Below are positions 19,422 to 28,038 of a stretch of 64,000 bases of DNA, one piece after another. Position 1 is the stretch's first letter. Each line of letters begins with the position of its first letter. Both the position numbers and the translations under genes were made by a program. The stretch spans positions 50,063-114,062 of the IMG/VR virus record IMGVR_UViG_3300048914_000231. One strand, written 5' to 3'. This DNA is from a virus. The notes beneath the pieces were generated by a model. That model did no database searches. It was given only the letters and a program-made list of their open reading frames with translations, and was not told where the DNA came from.

Positions 19422-21071
19422 TTACTTCGTGTCCTTGCTTACGCTGCCCTGGCCGGGCCTGGCGTTCGCGGTGGCGGGCGCCTTGGCTCCGCCGGTGGTT
19501 GCGGTCAGCTTGCCGGCGCCGGTAGCCTCGGCCAGCTGGCCCGCAAGTTCAACCGGGTCGACCGGCCATTCCTTGAGCGAGGCGATCATTTTCTCTTTGA
19601 TCGCTTTGGCCACTTGCGGAAACAGCTTGTCGATCACGGCGTTCATCTGCTCGCGACGCACCTCGTCAGGTGCCTCGATGAGCATCAGGCGGGCGGCGAT
19701 ATCGAACTCGTCGTACAGGCCACGCGTGTCGAAGTTGTCCGGGTAGGACACCAGCTTCATACCTTCCGGGATGGTTTCGCCATGCCAGAGTGCGACCAGT
19801 TCTGCGATCCGGTTCTCGGTCACTTCCAGGCTGTCGGCTTTCGCCTGCAGCAGGGCGTTGACGCGTTCGAAGTCGTACGCCTTCGCCACGCCCGAACTGT
19901 TGTCGATGCCCACGGAGTTGTCCTCCTTGGTGCGCTCGCCAGCCAGGCCGGACGTGTGGTAAATCTCGTTGATGATCTTGTTGACCATGGCCAGCACCAT
20001 CTGTGCCTGCTTCGGGTCCGGCGAAATGTAGCCCGGCGTGCCGCCGCCTTCGCCGTCGTACAGAAACACGCGCTTGGTGCCCATGTCTTCCAGCACACGC
20101 GCGGTGTCCGAACCGGGCAGCACGTTCTGGGCCGGCATCACCAGCTGGCTGAAGGTCTGGTCCTGGATGATGGCGTCCAGGTTCGACAGGTAGTTGGCCA
20201 CGGCGCGGTCGAGGTAGGCGATCTCGTCGATGAACGACGGCGCCACGTAATCCTCGTCCGTGATGATGTGGTCGCACAGCACCACCGGCACCTTGTTCAG
20301 GTTGTGGCTGCCTTCGTCAACGACGACGATTCTGGTCTTTTTCGTGTTGCCGACCTGGCGTTCCTCCAGCAGGTGCCAGGACTGGCGCGTCCACAGACGC
20401 CAGCGGGTTTTCTGCGCGCCGCTGGAAGTCAGCGGATCCTGGTCGTCACGCGCGACTTCCAGCAGCAAAATCCAGTTCAGTTCGCCGTCATCGTCATTCC
20501 ACGAGAAGTCGAGAATCTGGGTCGGGCCGACCGCGTACGCATACGTGCGCACGCCGGCGCGACGCTCGTCCGCCTTGGACAGAACGACGTCGGCCGGCGC
20601 GTTGTTGTCGACCACGATCGCCACGCGACCGGAAATCGAGCTCTTGCGCGCGGCCTGACGCATGAAGTCGCGGATACCCAGGTTGTTCTTGGTGGACGAC
20701 TCCCAGAAGCGTTTGATGCATTCCGGGGCGTCGTCGGTGTTGCGGGTGATGTTCTGCTTGAACAGGTATTTGTTCAGCAGGTCAACCACTTCCTTGGTGT
20801 GGTTGAAGCGGTACGCGCGCTTGACGCGGTCGCCGTATTCGCCATCACCTTCCTTGATATAGCGGAAGACGTTCCCTTCCAGGAACCACTCGCGCCCGCC
20901 CTCATAGGTCGATTCCAGGAATTTCCAGTGCTGGGTGTGTTCCTCGTACTCCGGGTGCCGGCGGTTGACCAGATGGCGCAGGACTTTCTGGTCATCGCTC
21001 ATGATGGGCGACGACGCCTCGTCTTTTTGCAGATCGATCGTGGCTGTGGCGCCTGGTTTTGTGATATTCAT
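19422..21071 (-). CDS. Portal protein
   Basis: 549 aa after TerL; RHPEY..W..L...YEGG, SGVAKAYDF. Confidence 0.9.
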   Translation of the reverse strand: MNITKPGATATIDLQKDEASSPIMSDDQKVLRHLVNRRHPEYEEHTQHWKFLESTYEGGREWFLEGNVFRYIKEGDGEYGDRVKRAYRFNHTKEVVDLLNKYLFKQNITRNTDDAPECIKRFWESSTKNNLGIRDFMRQAARKSSISGRVAIVVDNNAPADVVLSKADERRAGVRTYAYAVGPTQILDFSWNDDDGELNWILLLEVARDDQDPLTSSGAQKTRWRLWTRQSWHLLEERQVGNTKKTRIVVVDEGSHNLNKVPVVLCDHIITDEDYVAPSFIDEIAYLDRAVANYLSNLDAIIQDQTFSQLVMPAQNVLPGSDTARVLEDMGTKRVFLYDGEGGGTPGYISPDPKQAQMVLAMVNKIINEIYHTSGLAGERTKEDNSVGIDNSSGVAKAYDFERVNALLQAKADSLEVTENRIAELVALWHGETIPEGMKLVSYPDNFDTRGLYDEFDIAARLMLIEAPDEVRREQMNAVIDKLFPQVAKAIKEKMIASLKEWPVDPVELAGQLAEATGAGKLTATTGGAKAPATANARPGQGSVSKDTK

Positions 21072-21111
21072 GGTGGCGAATCCTAACTCAGTGGTGACTT
21101 ACGGTCAAGCG

Positions 21112-22359
21112 TCAGCGAGACTTGCCGCCGATCTCGATCTTCCGCAGCGGGAATTCCAGTTCGATGCAGTAGCCGCCAGCGTCGGCGCTGTGTTCAACCC
21201 CGGCCGCCTTGTCGACGTCGCGCGAACCCGGCTTGTAGATGGTCTGCTCCAGTGCATTGATGAAATGCTTGCAGCGGATGTCCACGCGCAGCCGGATCGT
21301 GCCGTCGGCCGTGCGCAGCATGCGGTTGACCGCGTTGACGCGGTCGGCCACGGCCGGGTGCTTGCGCCGGAACTTGATGCGCTTGAAGCCCTTCTCGCGC
21401 AGGATGTCCAGGTCAGTCTCGCCGCGCGCGTGCTGGCGCTGGCCGCCGGCCGGGTCGGGGTAGATGATGATCTGCAGCATATGGCGCCAGTAGCGCTTTT
21501 CCAGCTCCTCGCACACCTCTTCGGTATTGGATGAGAACAGCACGATCTCGTCGACCGCCCACACCTCACCGTTGGGCTGTGGCTGAAAGATCACGGTCGA
21601 CATCGGGTCGATGTTGAAGTCCATGCCGACCCAGATTGGCAGCTTCGGGTTGAACGGGTACTGGCCCACGTGTTCGTTGCGGTCAAACGGATAGTAGACG
21701 CGGCCGGACATGGTCTCGAAACTGGCTTCGAATTCCTGCTTGAACGATTTTTCGTCCATGTCCTGCTTGGCCGCCTCGATCTCCGAGATCGGGATGAACG
21801 GCGACGTGATGGTCGGGAACTGCCAGGATTCCCATGCGTGCTTGGCCACGTTGGCCGGATCCTGGCCGCGCTTGTACAGTTCGTACAGGTAGTTGTAGGC
21901 CTTGGGCGTGCCGATGAAAATCGCGTCGCCGCGACGGTCGGCCAGAACCGGGCGCAGAACCTTGACCCAGGTATCGGCATCGATGTCCTGAAATTCGTCG
22001 AGCACCAGGAAGTCGACACCGACACCGCGCAGGGAATCACCCTTGTCGGCGCCCTTGAGCTCGATGACGGTGCCATTCAGTAGCGTGACTTCGAGGCGTG
22101 TCTCGTTGACCTTCTTGACCCAGCGGCGCGGGATTGCGTCGAGCAGGTCGGACCACATGATCTGCTTGGCCATCTTGTAGGTTGGGGCGACGTACCAGAT
22201 TTTGCGCTTCTTGACGCGTGCGCGCGTGATCATCAGCGTCTTGGCCAGCTGGGTCTTGCCCCACCGGCGGCCAGCCACCACGACGCGAAAACGCGCCTGC
22301 GACTTGTAGACGACCATCTGCTTCGGATGCAGGGTCAGGCTGGCAATCTTGGCGGCCAT
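21112..22359 (-). CDS. terL: Terminase large subunit
   Basis: AGRRWGKT Walker A, LRG...LVLDE Walker B, IGTP, GMDFN nuclease, HSADA. Confidence 0.95.
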   Translation of the reverse strand: MAAKIASLTLHPKQMVVYKSQARFRVVVAGRRWGKTQLAKTLMITRARVKKRKIWYVAPTYKMAKQIMWSDLLDAIPRRWVKKVNETRLEVTLLNGTVIELKGADKGDSLRGVGVDFLVLDEFQDIDADTWVKVLRPVLADRRGDAIFIGTPKAYNYLYELYKRGQDPANVAKHAWESWQFPTITSPFIPISEIEAAKQDMDEKSFKQEFEASFETMSGRVYYPFDRNEHVGQYPFNPKLPIWVGMDFNIDPMSTVIFQPQPNGEVWAVDEIVLFSSNTEEVCEELEKRYWRHMLQIIIYPDPAGGQRQHARGETDLDILREKGFKRIKFRRKHPAVADRVNAVNRMLRTADGTIRLRVDIRCKHFINALEQTIYKPGSRDVDKAAGVEHSADAGGYCIELEFPLRKIEIGGKSR

Positions 22360-22988
22360 CAGCCTTCCTCGACCACATTGTTGCCGTCTTCTTCGTCGGG
22401 CGGGTCGCCGTCATCCCCGTCATCGTCCTTCTGTGGCGCCACATCGTCCATTTCGTCATGGTCGCGGTCGCGCAGCGCCTGAATCTGGTCGGCGGTCAGT
22501 TCGGTGATCTGCAGCTCCGGCACCTCGTCCGGATCGACCGCATCCGGGCGGTCCAGACCCAGCACGGCCCAGCGCTCCTCGCGCACCTTCTTCAGGCCGG
22601 TGGCGGCCAGGTCCAGCGCCTTCAGGTTGTTGATCACGCTGGAGACCGGGTTACCGGCCTTTTTCGCTTCCAGCAGTTCGTTCCAGATCAGCTTGCCAAG
22701 GTTCGACGACATCACGTAGTGCTGTTCCTTGGTCTCCTTGATGCGCGCCGCCAGAATGGTCGCCTCGTCGACGGAAGCCGCAACCAGCCTGTCTTCCACC
22801 GCCTTGCGGGTGGCGGCTGCGGCCGAACCCTTGACAATGTGGTGTTTTTTGAAATGTCGTTCGAAGGTCGACATGGCGCAGCCGTACTTGGCGACCAGGT
22901 CGTCGTAGGTAACGGTGCCGGCCGCCCACTGGGCTTCAGCTTCTGCCCACTGGGCCGGCGTCAGGCGGCGTTTCGGGTTCTCGGACAC
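22359..22988 (-). CDS. Terminase small subunit (probable)
   Basis: N-terminal HTH-like region, acidic tail, overlaps terL start; GTG start at 22988. Confidence 0.75.
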   Translation of the reverse strand: MSENPKRRLTPAQWAEAEAQWAAGTVTYDDLVAKYGCAMSTFERHFKKHHIVKGSAAAATRKAVEDRLVAASVDEATILAARIKETKEQHYVMSSNLGKLIWNELLEAKKAGNPVSSVINNLKALDLAATGLKKVREERWAVLGLDRPDAVDPDEVPELQITELTADQIQALRDRDHDEMDDVAPQKDDDGDDGDPPDEEDGNNVVEEG

Positions 22989-23066
22989 GTGCAAACCTTT
23001 CAAGCAAAAAAAACGGGCGCAGGGAAGGCGCCCGAGGAGAACAATGGAAAAGCTGTTCAGGCCCCA

Positions 23067-23109
23067 ACTGTAAAACATATTTCCTCAGGATGTCAAGTCA
23101 GTGCTGACT
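23067..23109 (-). promoter_or_regulatory. Promoter of terminase operon with abutting operator
   Basis: TTGACA-18 bp-TACAGT; shares 21 bp TGTCAAGTCAGTGCTGACTTA with the capsid promoter. Confidence 0.7.
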
Positions 23110-23169
23110 TAACCCCGGGCCTCGGACCATCACTCCGGGGATTTCTGTCTTTCCGCGACTTCAGTTACC

Positions 23170-23317
23170 CGACTTGGCGGACCAGTTGGTAGTTGTCTGG
23201 ATTACAACGCGTTTCCGAAATACTTTTATACTTCTTGTTTACTACTTCTTCTTTATATATATAAGTACTTATAGAAAAGGGGTGTAATACCCAACTACCA
23301 ACTGGTCCGCCAAGTCG
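23170..23317. repeat. Perfect 26-bp inverted repeat enclosing an AT-rich core
   Basis: CGACTTGGCGGACCAGTTGGTAGTTG (23170-23195) and its reverse complement (23292-23317); palindrome TATAAGTACTTATA at 23260-23273. Confidence 0.95.
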
Positions 23318-23329
23318 TATAACCAGAAG

Positions 23330-23701
23330 TTACAAAATGTCCGGAATGATGGATTCCAGCACCGGTTCCAGGTCCGCGGAGAGGATGTCCGCCCCCAGTT
23401 CGATGATGTTGTCCACCTCCTGCGGGCGTGCCCGTGCGCTGGCCTGGCCGTACCCGCGGCCCTCGTCCGTGACCGTGATCAGGCGCCGGGCCGCGCCGCG
23501 GCGCTTCTCGATGCCCAGTTTCTTGACCAGGCCACGGTCGATCAGCACGCGCAGCGAGAACTGCAGGCTGTCCTTGGTGGTGTGATAGCGGATCCGCTCC
23601 AGAATCTGGTCCATGTCGCACGGCGTGCCGTCGTCGTTGGCGGCGGTGATCACGCGCATCAGTTCCAGCTGTTTGGCGGTCAGGTGCGGGGTTTTCGTCA
23701 T
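23330..23701 (-). CDS. Winged-helix DNA-binding protein
   Basis: LTAKQLELMRVI...SLQFSLRVLIDRGLVKK...VTDEG (MarR/LexA-N-like); start trimmed. Confidence 0.8.
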   Translation of the reverse strand: MTKTPHLTAKQLELMRVITAANDDGTPCDMDQILERIRYHTTKDSLQFSLRVLIDRGLVKKLGIEKRRGAARRLITVTDEGRGYGQASARARPQEVDNIIELGADILSADLEPVLESIIPDIL

Positions 23702-23715
23702 TTTGTAACTGCCGG

Positions 23716-24606
23716 TTAAGCGGGGTTGAGCGGCTCGGTTACAGCCTGGTTGTCGAACGCCAGTACGTTGATGCGCTCGGGCAGGCTGCGGCCAAAGTCC
23801 GGGTTGGTATAAATGCCATACAGCGGGCTGGCCAGCACCAGCTGCTGCAGGCTCTTGAGCAGGTAACCGACTTCCATCGCGTCGACCCGGGACGTGCCGT
23901 TGGCGCGGTTGTCGCCCGATTTCTCCATCGACGAGCAGCGATAGTAGAACTTGCGCATTTCGTCGACGCATTTGGCGCGCACCGCCGGCGGGAATGCGTC
24001 GAGCTCGGCCCTGATGCCCACATAGTCCATCGGCACCGAGCGGAACCAGCGCCCGAAGAACGCCAGACCCTTTTCGTAATGGCTGCTGCGCTTGGGTTTT
24101 GTGAAGCGCATGCCGGCTTTTGCCGCGAACGGGTTGAATTTGCTCATCGACGACTGGAATTCGACGAAGCGGCAGCCGGTCATGCGCATCATGAGGTTCT
24201 GCATGCGGTAGGCGATGCCGGCGCCGCGGAACATCGTGTCCAGCACCAGACGCGAGTTCGTGCAGCTGTGCTCGTTCAACCACATCGCGCGGGTTCGGTT
24301 GATCAGCTTCGTGTCGCGTCCATTCTGGTTCGGGCGCATGTGGGGCATCGCTTCGTTACGGCCCGACAGCAGCATCTTGGGCACGGTCATGACGCCCACG
24401 CCGATCACCTGACCATCGAGCACGCAGCGGTAGATTTTCGGCCCGATGCCGAGGTTTTCCGCCTTGTAGTGCAGCTCGTGCAGCAAGTTCCAGTCTTCCT
24501 TGGTACCGCGCTCGACGTAGACGCGGTCCAGCAGCGACAGGCGGTGGTTGGCCGGCACCGGCCGGCGCTCGACCAGCAGGTTGTCGTTGTCGATCAGGAC
24601 GGTCAT
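23716..24606 (-). CDS. GNAT-fold acyltransferase-like protein linked to ABC ATPase
   Basis: LHELHY, SRLVLDTMFRGAGIA (acyl-CoA motif A), MSKFNPF..KAG. Confidence 0.7.
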   Translation of the reverse strand: MTVLIDNDNLLVERRPVPANHRLSLLDRVYVERGTKEDWNLLHELHYKAENLGIGPKIYRCVLDGQVIGVGVMTVPKMLLSGRNEAMPHMRPNQNGRDTKLINRTRAMWLNEHSCTNSRLVLDTMFRGAGIAYRMQNLMMRMTGCRFVEFQSSMSKFNPFAAKAGMRFTKPKRSSHYEKGLAFFGRWFRSVPMDYVGIRAELDAFPPAVRAKCVDEMRKFYYRCSSMEKSGDNRANGTSRVDAMEVGYLLKSLQQLVLASPLYGIYTNPDFGRSLPERINVLAFDNQAVTEPLNPA

Positions 24607-24723
24607 TTCTTCACCCCGCCGCCGAAGATGATCAGAATGATGGCGAGCCAGCTCATGTCGGCCACTTCCAGATGAGAATGACGCCCACGGCAATCATGCC
24701 GAGACCAAAACAGTCAAACGTGC

Positions 24724-25035
24724 TCATGCCGGCACTCCCGCCGCGGCCAGGAATGAACGCAGCCTGGCGTCGGTCTGGCCGCCCGAGACCGATGCCTGGG
24801 CAGCGCCATCCCTGAACACGGTCAGGGTCGGTACGCCGCGCACGCCGTGCACGCTGGCGAGAGTGCGGTGTTCGCCGGCGTCGACGCCGATCAGCCTGAA
24901 ACCCAGTTCCGCGGCGAGCGCCTCAACCAGCGGCTTCATGCCCTTGCAGGGGCCGCACCAGCTGGCGTGGAACATGACGACGGTGGTGCCGGCGCCGACG
25001 TCTGCGGCGAAGTTTTCGGGGGTGGTGTTGTGCAT
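24724..25035 (-). CDS. Thioredoxin
   Basis: FHASWCGPCK, VRGVPT. Confidence 0.93.
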   Translation of the reverse strand: MHNTTPENFAADVGAGTTVVMFHASWCGPCKGMKPLVEALAAELGFRLIGVDAGEHRTLASVHGVRGVPTLTVFRDGAAQASVSGGQTDARLRSFLAAAGVPA

Positions 25036-25037
25036 GT

Positions 25038-25730
25038 TCAGTCCTTGATGGGGTCGGTCGGGTGCGGCGGCTCCCTGAAGCCGTCGGCGCTGGCGCCGGG
25101 GCGCAGAATGCGCACCTTTTCCCGGTAGCGTTTTTCGATATAGAGGCTGGGCGCCAGGTCGTCGACCATGTCGCCGTGAGTGGTGGCGACAATCACGGTG
25201 GCGCCCACCTTGCGCGCGATCTTCTGCAGGTTGAAGGCGAGCACCTTCGCGGTCACGCGGTCGAGCACGGCCAGAAATTCGTCGGCGACCCATACCTGCG
25301 CGCCGGATTCGATGATCTTGGCCAGGCGGAAGCGGTAGCGTTGGCCGTCCGACAGTTCGGCGGGTTTCCGGATGAACAGGTAGGCGTCGTTCAGGCCGGC
25401 GATCGACAGGAAGTTCAGTGCCTCGGTCGTGTTCTTGCCGATCTGGTCGATCAGCGGGCAGTCCAGCAGCGGCACCTCGTCGATGGTAACAACATTCAGG
25501 CCGCCCTCGACCATGCGTTCTGCCAGTTCGCGCAGCACGGTCGACTTGCCGGCGCCGGACTGGCCCGTGACGTACACAATGTCGCCCTGTTCGATGTCGA
25601 TCGGCTGGTTGTCAAAGACGACGAATTCCTTGTCATCCAGGCCCAGGCCGAAGGCTTCGGCGATCTCCAGCACGCGGTCGGTGCGCTCGACGGTTGTATG
25701 AAACCGCTTGTCGATTTTGTATGTTGTCAT
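25038..25730 (-). CDS. Soluble ABC-family ATPase
   Basis: GQSGAGKS, LSDGQ, WVADE, TTH; no transmembrane partner. Confidence 0.92.
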   Translation of the reverse strand: MTTYKIDKRFHTTVERTDRVLEIAEAFGLGLDDKEFVVFDNQPIDIEQGDIVYVTGQSGAGKSTVLRELAERMVEGGLNVVTIDEVPLLDCPLIDQIGKNTTEALNFLSIAGLNDAYLFIRKPAELSDGQRYRFRLAKIIESGAQVWVADEFLAVLDRVTAKVLAFNLQKIARKVGATVIVATTHGDMVDDLAPSLYIEKRYREKVRILRPGASADGFREPPHPTDPIKD

Positions 25731-25909
25731 TGCTGTCTCCAGGCTTTCAGGCACTGCGCCGGCGACAGCGCATCCATTTCGGTTTTCGGGTTGACGCAGC
25801 TGGCATGTACCAGCACGCGTACGGTCGCCCAGTACACGACGCGGCGCGGCAGACAGTACGCGATCGCGCCGCACAGGTGGTCCAGGATGTCGCTGATCAG
25901 TTCTTTCAT
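25727..25909 (-). CDS. Small hypothetical protein
   Basis: ATGA-coupled on both sides. Confidence 0.6.
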   Translation of the reverse strand: MKELISDILDHLCGAIAYCLPRRVVYWATVRVLVHASCVNPKTEMDALSPAQCLKAWRQQ

Positions 25910-26550
25910 GCGATCCCCGCGAACTGGCTGACGAATTCGACGAAGGCGTCAGCACCCTTCTTGCCGGTATCGGCCTCGATCTGTGCCATGAACATCGCGA
26001 TGGCGCGCTGGTCTGCGCCCCTGACGGTCTTGAAGCCCAGCGCCTGCGCGATCGGCACGCCCTTTTCGGTCGCGGCCGCGATTTGCCCCTTGGTTTCGAC
26101 GGCCTGCGCGGCGATTTCGGCGTCCAGGTCGGTGACGAAGGCGGCATCATTGACCTCGCCCAGATCGGCGGTCATGAAGTCCAGTTCCTTCCTGTCGAAG
26201 AACAGGTCCATCGAGAAGTCCAGCGTGGCCAGTTCCTGCTGCAGCAGGTCGGTGTCGATGTTGCCGATGGCGACGCGGTTGTCGGCCAGGCGCAGCGCGC
26301 GCACCTGCGCCGGCGTCAGGTCGTCGCGCACCCACACCGGCACCTTTCTGTCGCCGCGCGACAGGCCGGCCAGGCGCCGGCCGTGGCCGGCAATGATCAC
26401 GCCATCCTTGTCGACGACGATCGGCTGGGTCCAGCCGAATTCGTCGATGGACTTTCTGATCTTCGCCACCTGGGCGTCGTCGTGGATTTTCGAGTTGAGC
26501 TCGTAGGGCACCAGGCGGGCGATGTCCCAGACTTGAATATTCGGTTTCAT
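25906..26550 (-). CDS. ParB/Srx N-terminal domain protein
   Basis: SIDEFGWTQPIVVD...IIAGHGRRLA, LRLADNR. Confidence 0.9.
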   Translation of the reverse strand: MKPNIQVWDIARLVPYELNSKIHDDAQVAKIRKSIDEFGWTQPIVVDKDGVIIAGHGRRLAGLSRGDRKVPVWVRDDLTPAQVRALRLADNRVAIGNIDTDLLQQELATLDFSMDLFFDRKELDFMTADLGEVNDAAFVTDLDAEIAAQAVETKGQIAAATEKGVPIAQALGFKTVRGADQRAIAMFMAQIEADTGKKGADAFVEFVSQFAGIA

Positions 26551-26726
26551 GGAATGAATGAGAGCAGATAAAAGATGCACCACAAGAAGATCAGGACCGG
26601 CGTGCAGAAAATCAGGAAAGTTGCGGCCAGAAGTTCGCAATGCGCCTCGCGCGTGGTGGCGATCCAGAATGTGACCATCAGGACCAGGACGACCAGGACG
26701 AACGGGACGACATACCAGTGGATCAT
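26547..26726 (-). CDS. Small membrane protein
   Basis: Two hydrophobic stretches; start MIHWYVV. Confidence 0.5.
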   Translation of the reverse strand: MIHWYVVPFVLVVLVLMVTFWIATTREAHCELLAATFLIFCTPVLIFLWCIFYLLSFIP

Positions 26727-26844
26727 CGCTTGATCTCCTTCATGAGCGCGTGGTAGCCGGCGACCATGAGGGCCGCGGTGCCGGCAGCGATGGTCGTGCA
26801 CGCGCAGACCGTACAGGTCCAGACGAAAACGTCCGGCGGGGTCA

Positions 26845-27132
26845 TCACAGGGCCTCCGGCTGGGCCAGCGCGCGCACGAGCGCCATCACGCCCTCCTGAA
26901 AGTGCGTGCGGCCGATGGAGGCCCAGCGCTCCGGTTCGGCGGCGTTCATGCGCATGGATTCGCGCACCTGATGCTCGTCCTCCATGCTGCGGCACTTGTC
27001 GCGCTGGGCGGCGATATGCTCACGCACCTCGCGCACCAGTTCCAGCAGCACCTTTTCATGCAGCTTGACCTTGTTGATCAGGTCCAGCGTATCCTGATCG
27101 AGCTGGCGATAACCTTTGATCGGGTTGCTCAT
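26845..27132 (-). CDS. acb2: Acb2-family anti-CBASS cyclic-oligonucleotide sponge
   Basis: IKGYRQL...INKVK...AEPERWASIGRTHFQEGVMALVRALAQP matches my recollection of Acb2 (IKGYRDL...AEPGRWLAIGKT..Q.GMMA..RAIAQP). Confidence 0.88.
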   Translation of the reverse strand: MSNPIKGYRQLDQDTLDLINKVKLHEKVLLELVREVREHIAAQRDKCRSMEDEHQVRESMRMNAAEPERWASIGRTHFQEGVMALVRALAQPEAL

Positions 27133-27141
27133 GTGGTTCTC

Positions 27142-27306
27142 CTATGCTGCTTCCGGCAGACGCCGGAAGCGGATGGGGTGTTCGGTGAGGGTGTCTTCCG
27201 CGAGTGGCTCGAACATGTCGCCGTCATCGCATTCGTCGCACATGTAGGAGAGCTCCTGGTTGGAGCAGTCCTCGCAAAATTCGTAGCCCTTGTTGCAGCG
27301 CGCCAT
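27142..27306 (-). CDS. Small Cys-rich acidic protein
   Basis: CxxC..CxxC (CEDC, CDEC); start MARCNKG. Confidence 0.6.
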   Translation of the reverse strand: MARCNKGYEFCEDCSNQELSYMCDECDDGDMFEPLAEDTLTEHPIRFRRLPEAA

Positions 27307-27307
27307 G

Positions 27308-27967
27308 TCAGACCCCGATGTCCTTGAAGATGTGCACCAGCGCATTGCCGGCGTTGGTGAGGCTGTCCTCGTCGTCGAAGCGCTGGCGCTTTTTGACGGC
27401 GTTGATCTTGGCGGTGATGGTGTCGACGTCCTCGACCGGCACCTTGAAGCGCATGATGGCGTGGGTCTGTGCGGCGCGAACGGTCGGCGCGCCCGGGGCC
27501 GGGCCGGCGGTATCGTCCAGATCGAGCGCGTCAAGCTCGTCGAGCGCTATATTGCTGGTATTGAAGATCGATTCGAAATCGACGTCCGTATAGGGCAGGA
27601 AGACGCCCAGCTCGCCGGGCGTGCCCAGTTCGTCGAGCAGCTTGGACAGGGCGATGCTGTCGTCGTTGCCGTAGCGGCCATTGTCGACCAGACCGATCTC
27701 CTTGGCCTGCCTGTCGCTGATGCTGCCGAGGTTGATGACCGGCACCTTGTCGATTTTCAGGCGGATCGCCGAGTCCCGGCGGTGTGCGCCACCCAGGATT
27801 TGCAGCGTGCCGTCGGCAAGGGTGCGCACGATGATCGGCTTGAACATGCCGAAGCGCTTGACCGAGGCGTCGATTTTCGCCTCGTTCTCCGGGGAGACCA
27901 CGTTGGTGTTCCAGGGGTTGGGCTGGAGCGTGTGGGGGTCGGCGTAATGCTGGGTGGTAGTTGACAT
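27308..27967 (-). CDS. ParB/Srx N-terminal domain protein (second)
   Basis: LQPNPWNTN, FGMFKPIIVR, ILGGAHR, DNGRYG. Confidence 0.9.
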   Translation of the reverse strand: MSTTTQHYADPHTLQPNPWNTNVVSPENEAKIDASVKRFGMFKPIIVRTLADGTLQILGGAHRRDSAIRLKIDKVPVINLGSISDRQAKEIGLVDNGRYGNDDSIALSKLLDELGTPGELGVFLPYTDVDFESIFNTSNIALDELDALDLDDTAGPAPGAPTVRAAQTHAIMRFKVPVEDVDTITAKINAVKKRQRFDDEDSLTNAGNALVHIFKDIGV

Positions 27968-28038
27968 CTGCGGGATGAATTGATAGTCAGTCAGTGATGA
28001 CTTATACTTTAGCATCCAACTTTTGAATTGGCAACCAA

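Noticed and set aside
23170-23317. Protelomerase target (telRL) or MITE
   Set aside because: Arms are separated by 96 bp rather than forming a continuous palindrome; no protelomerase or transposase in the window and no target duplication seen
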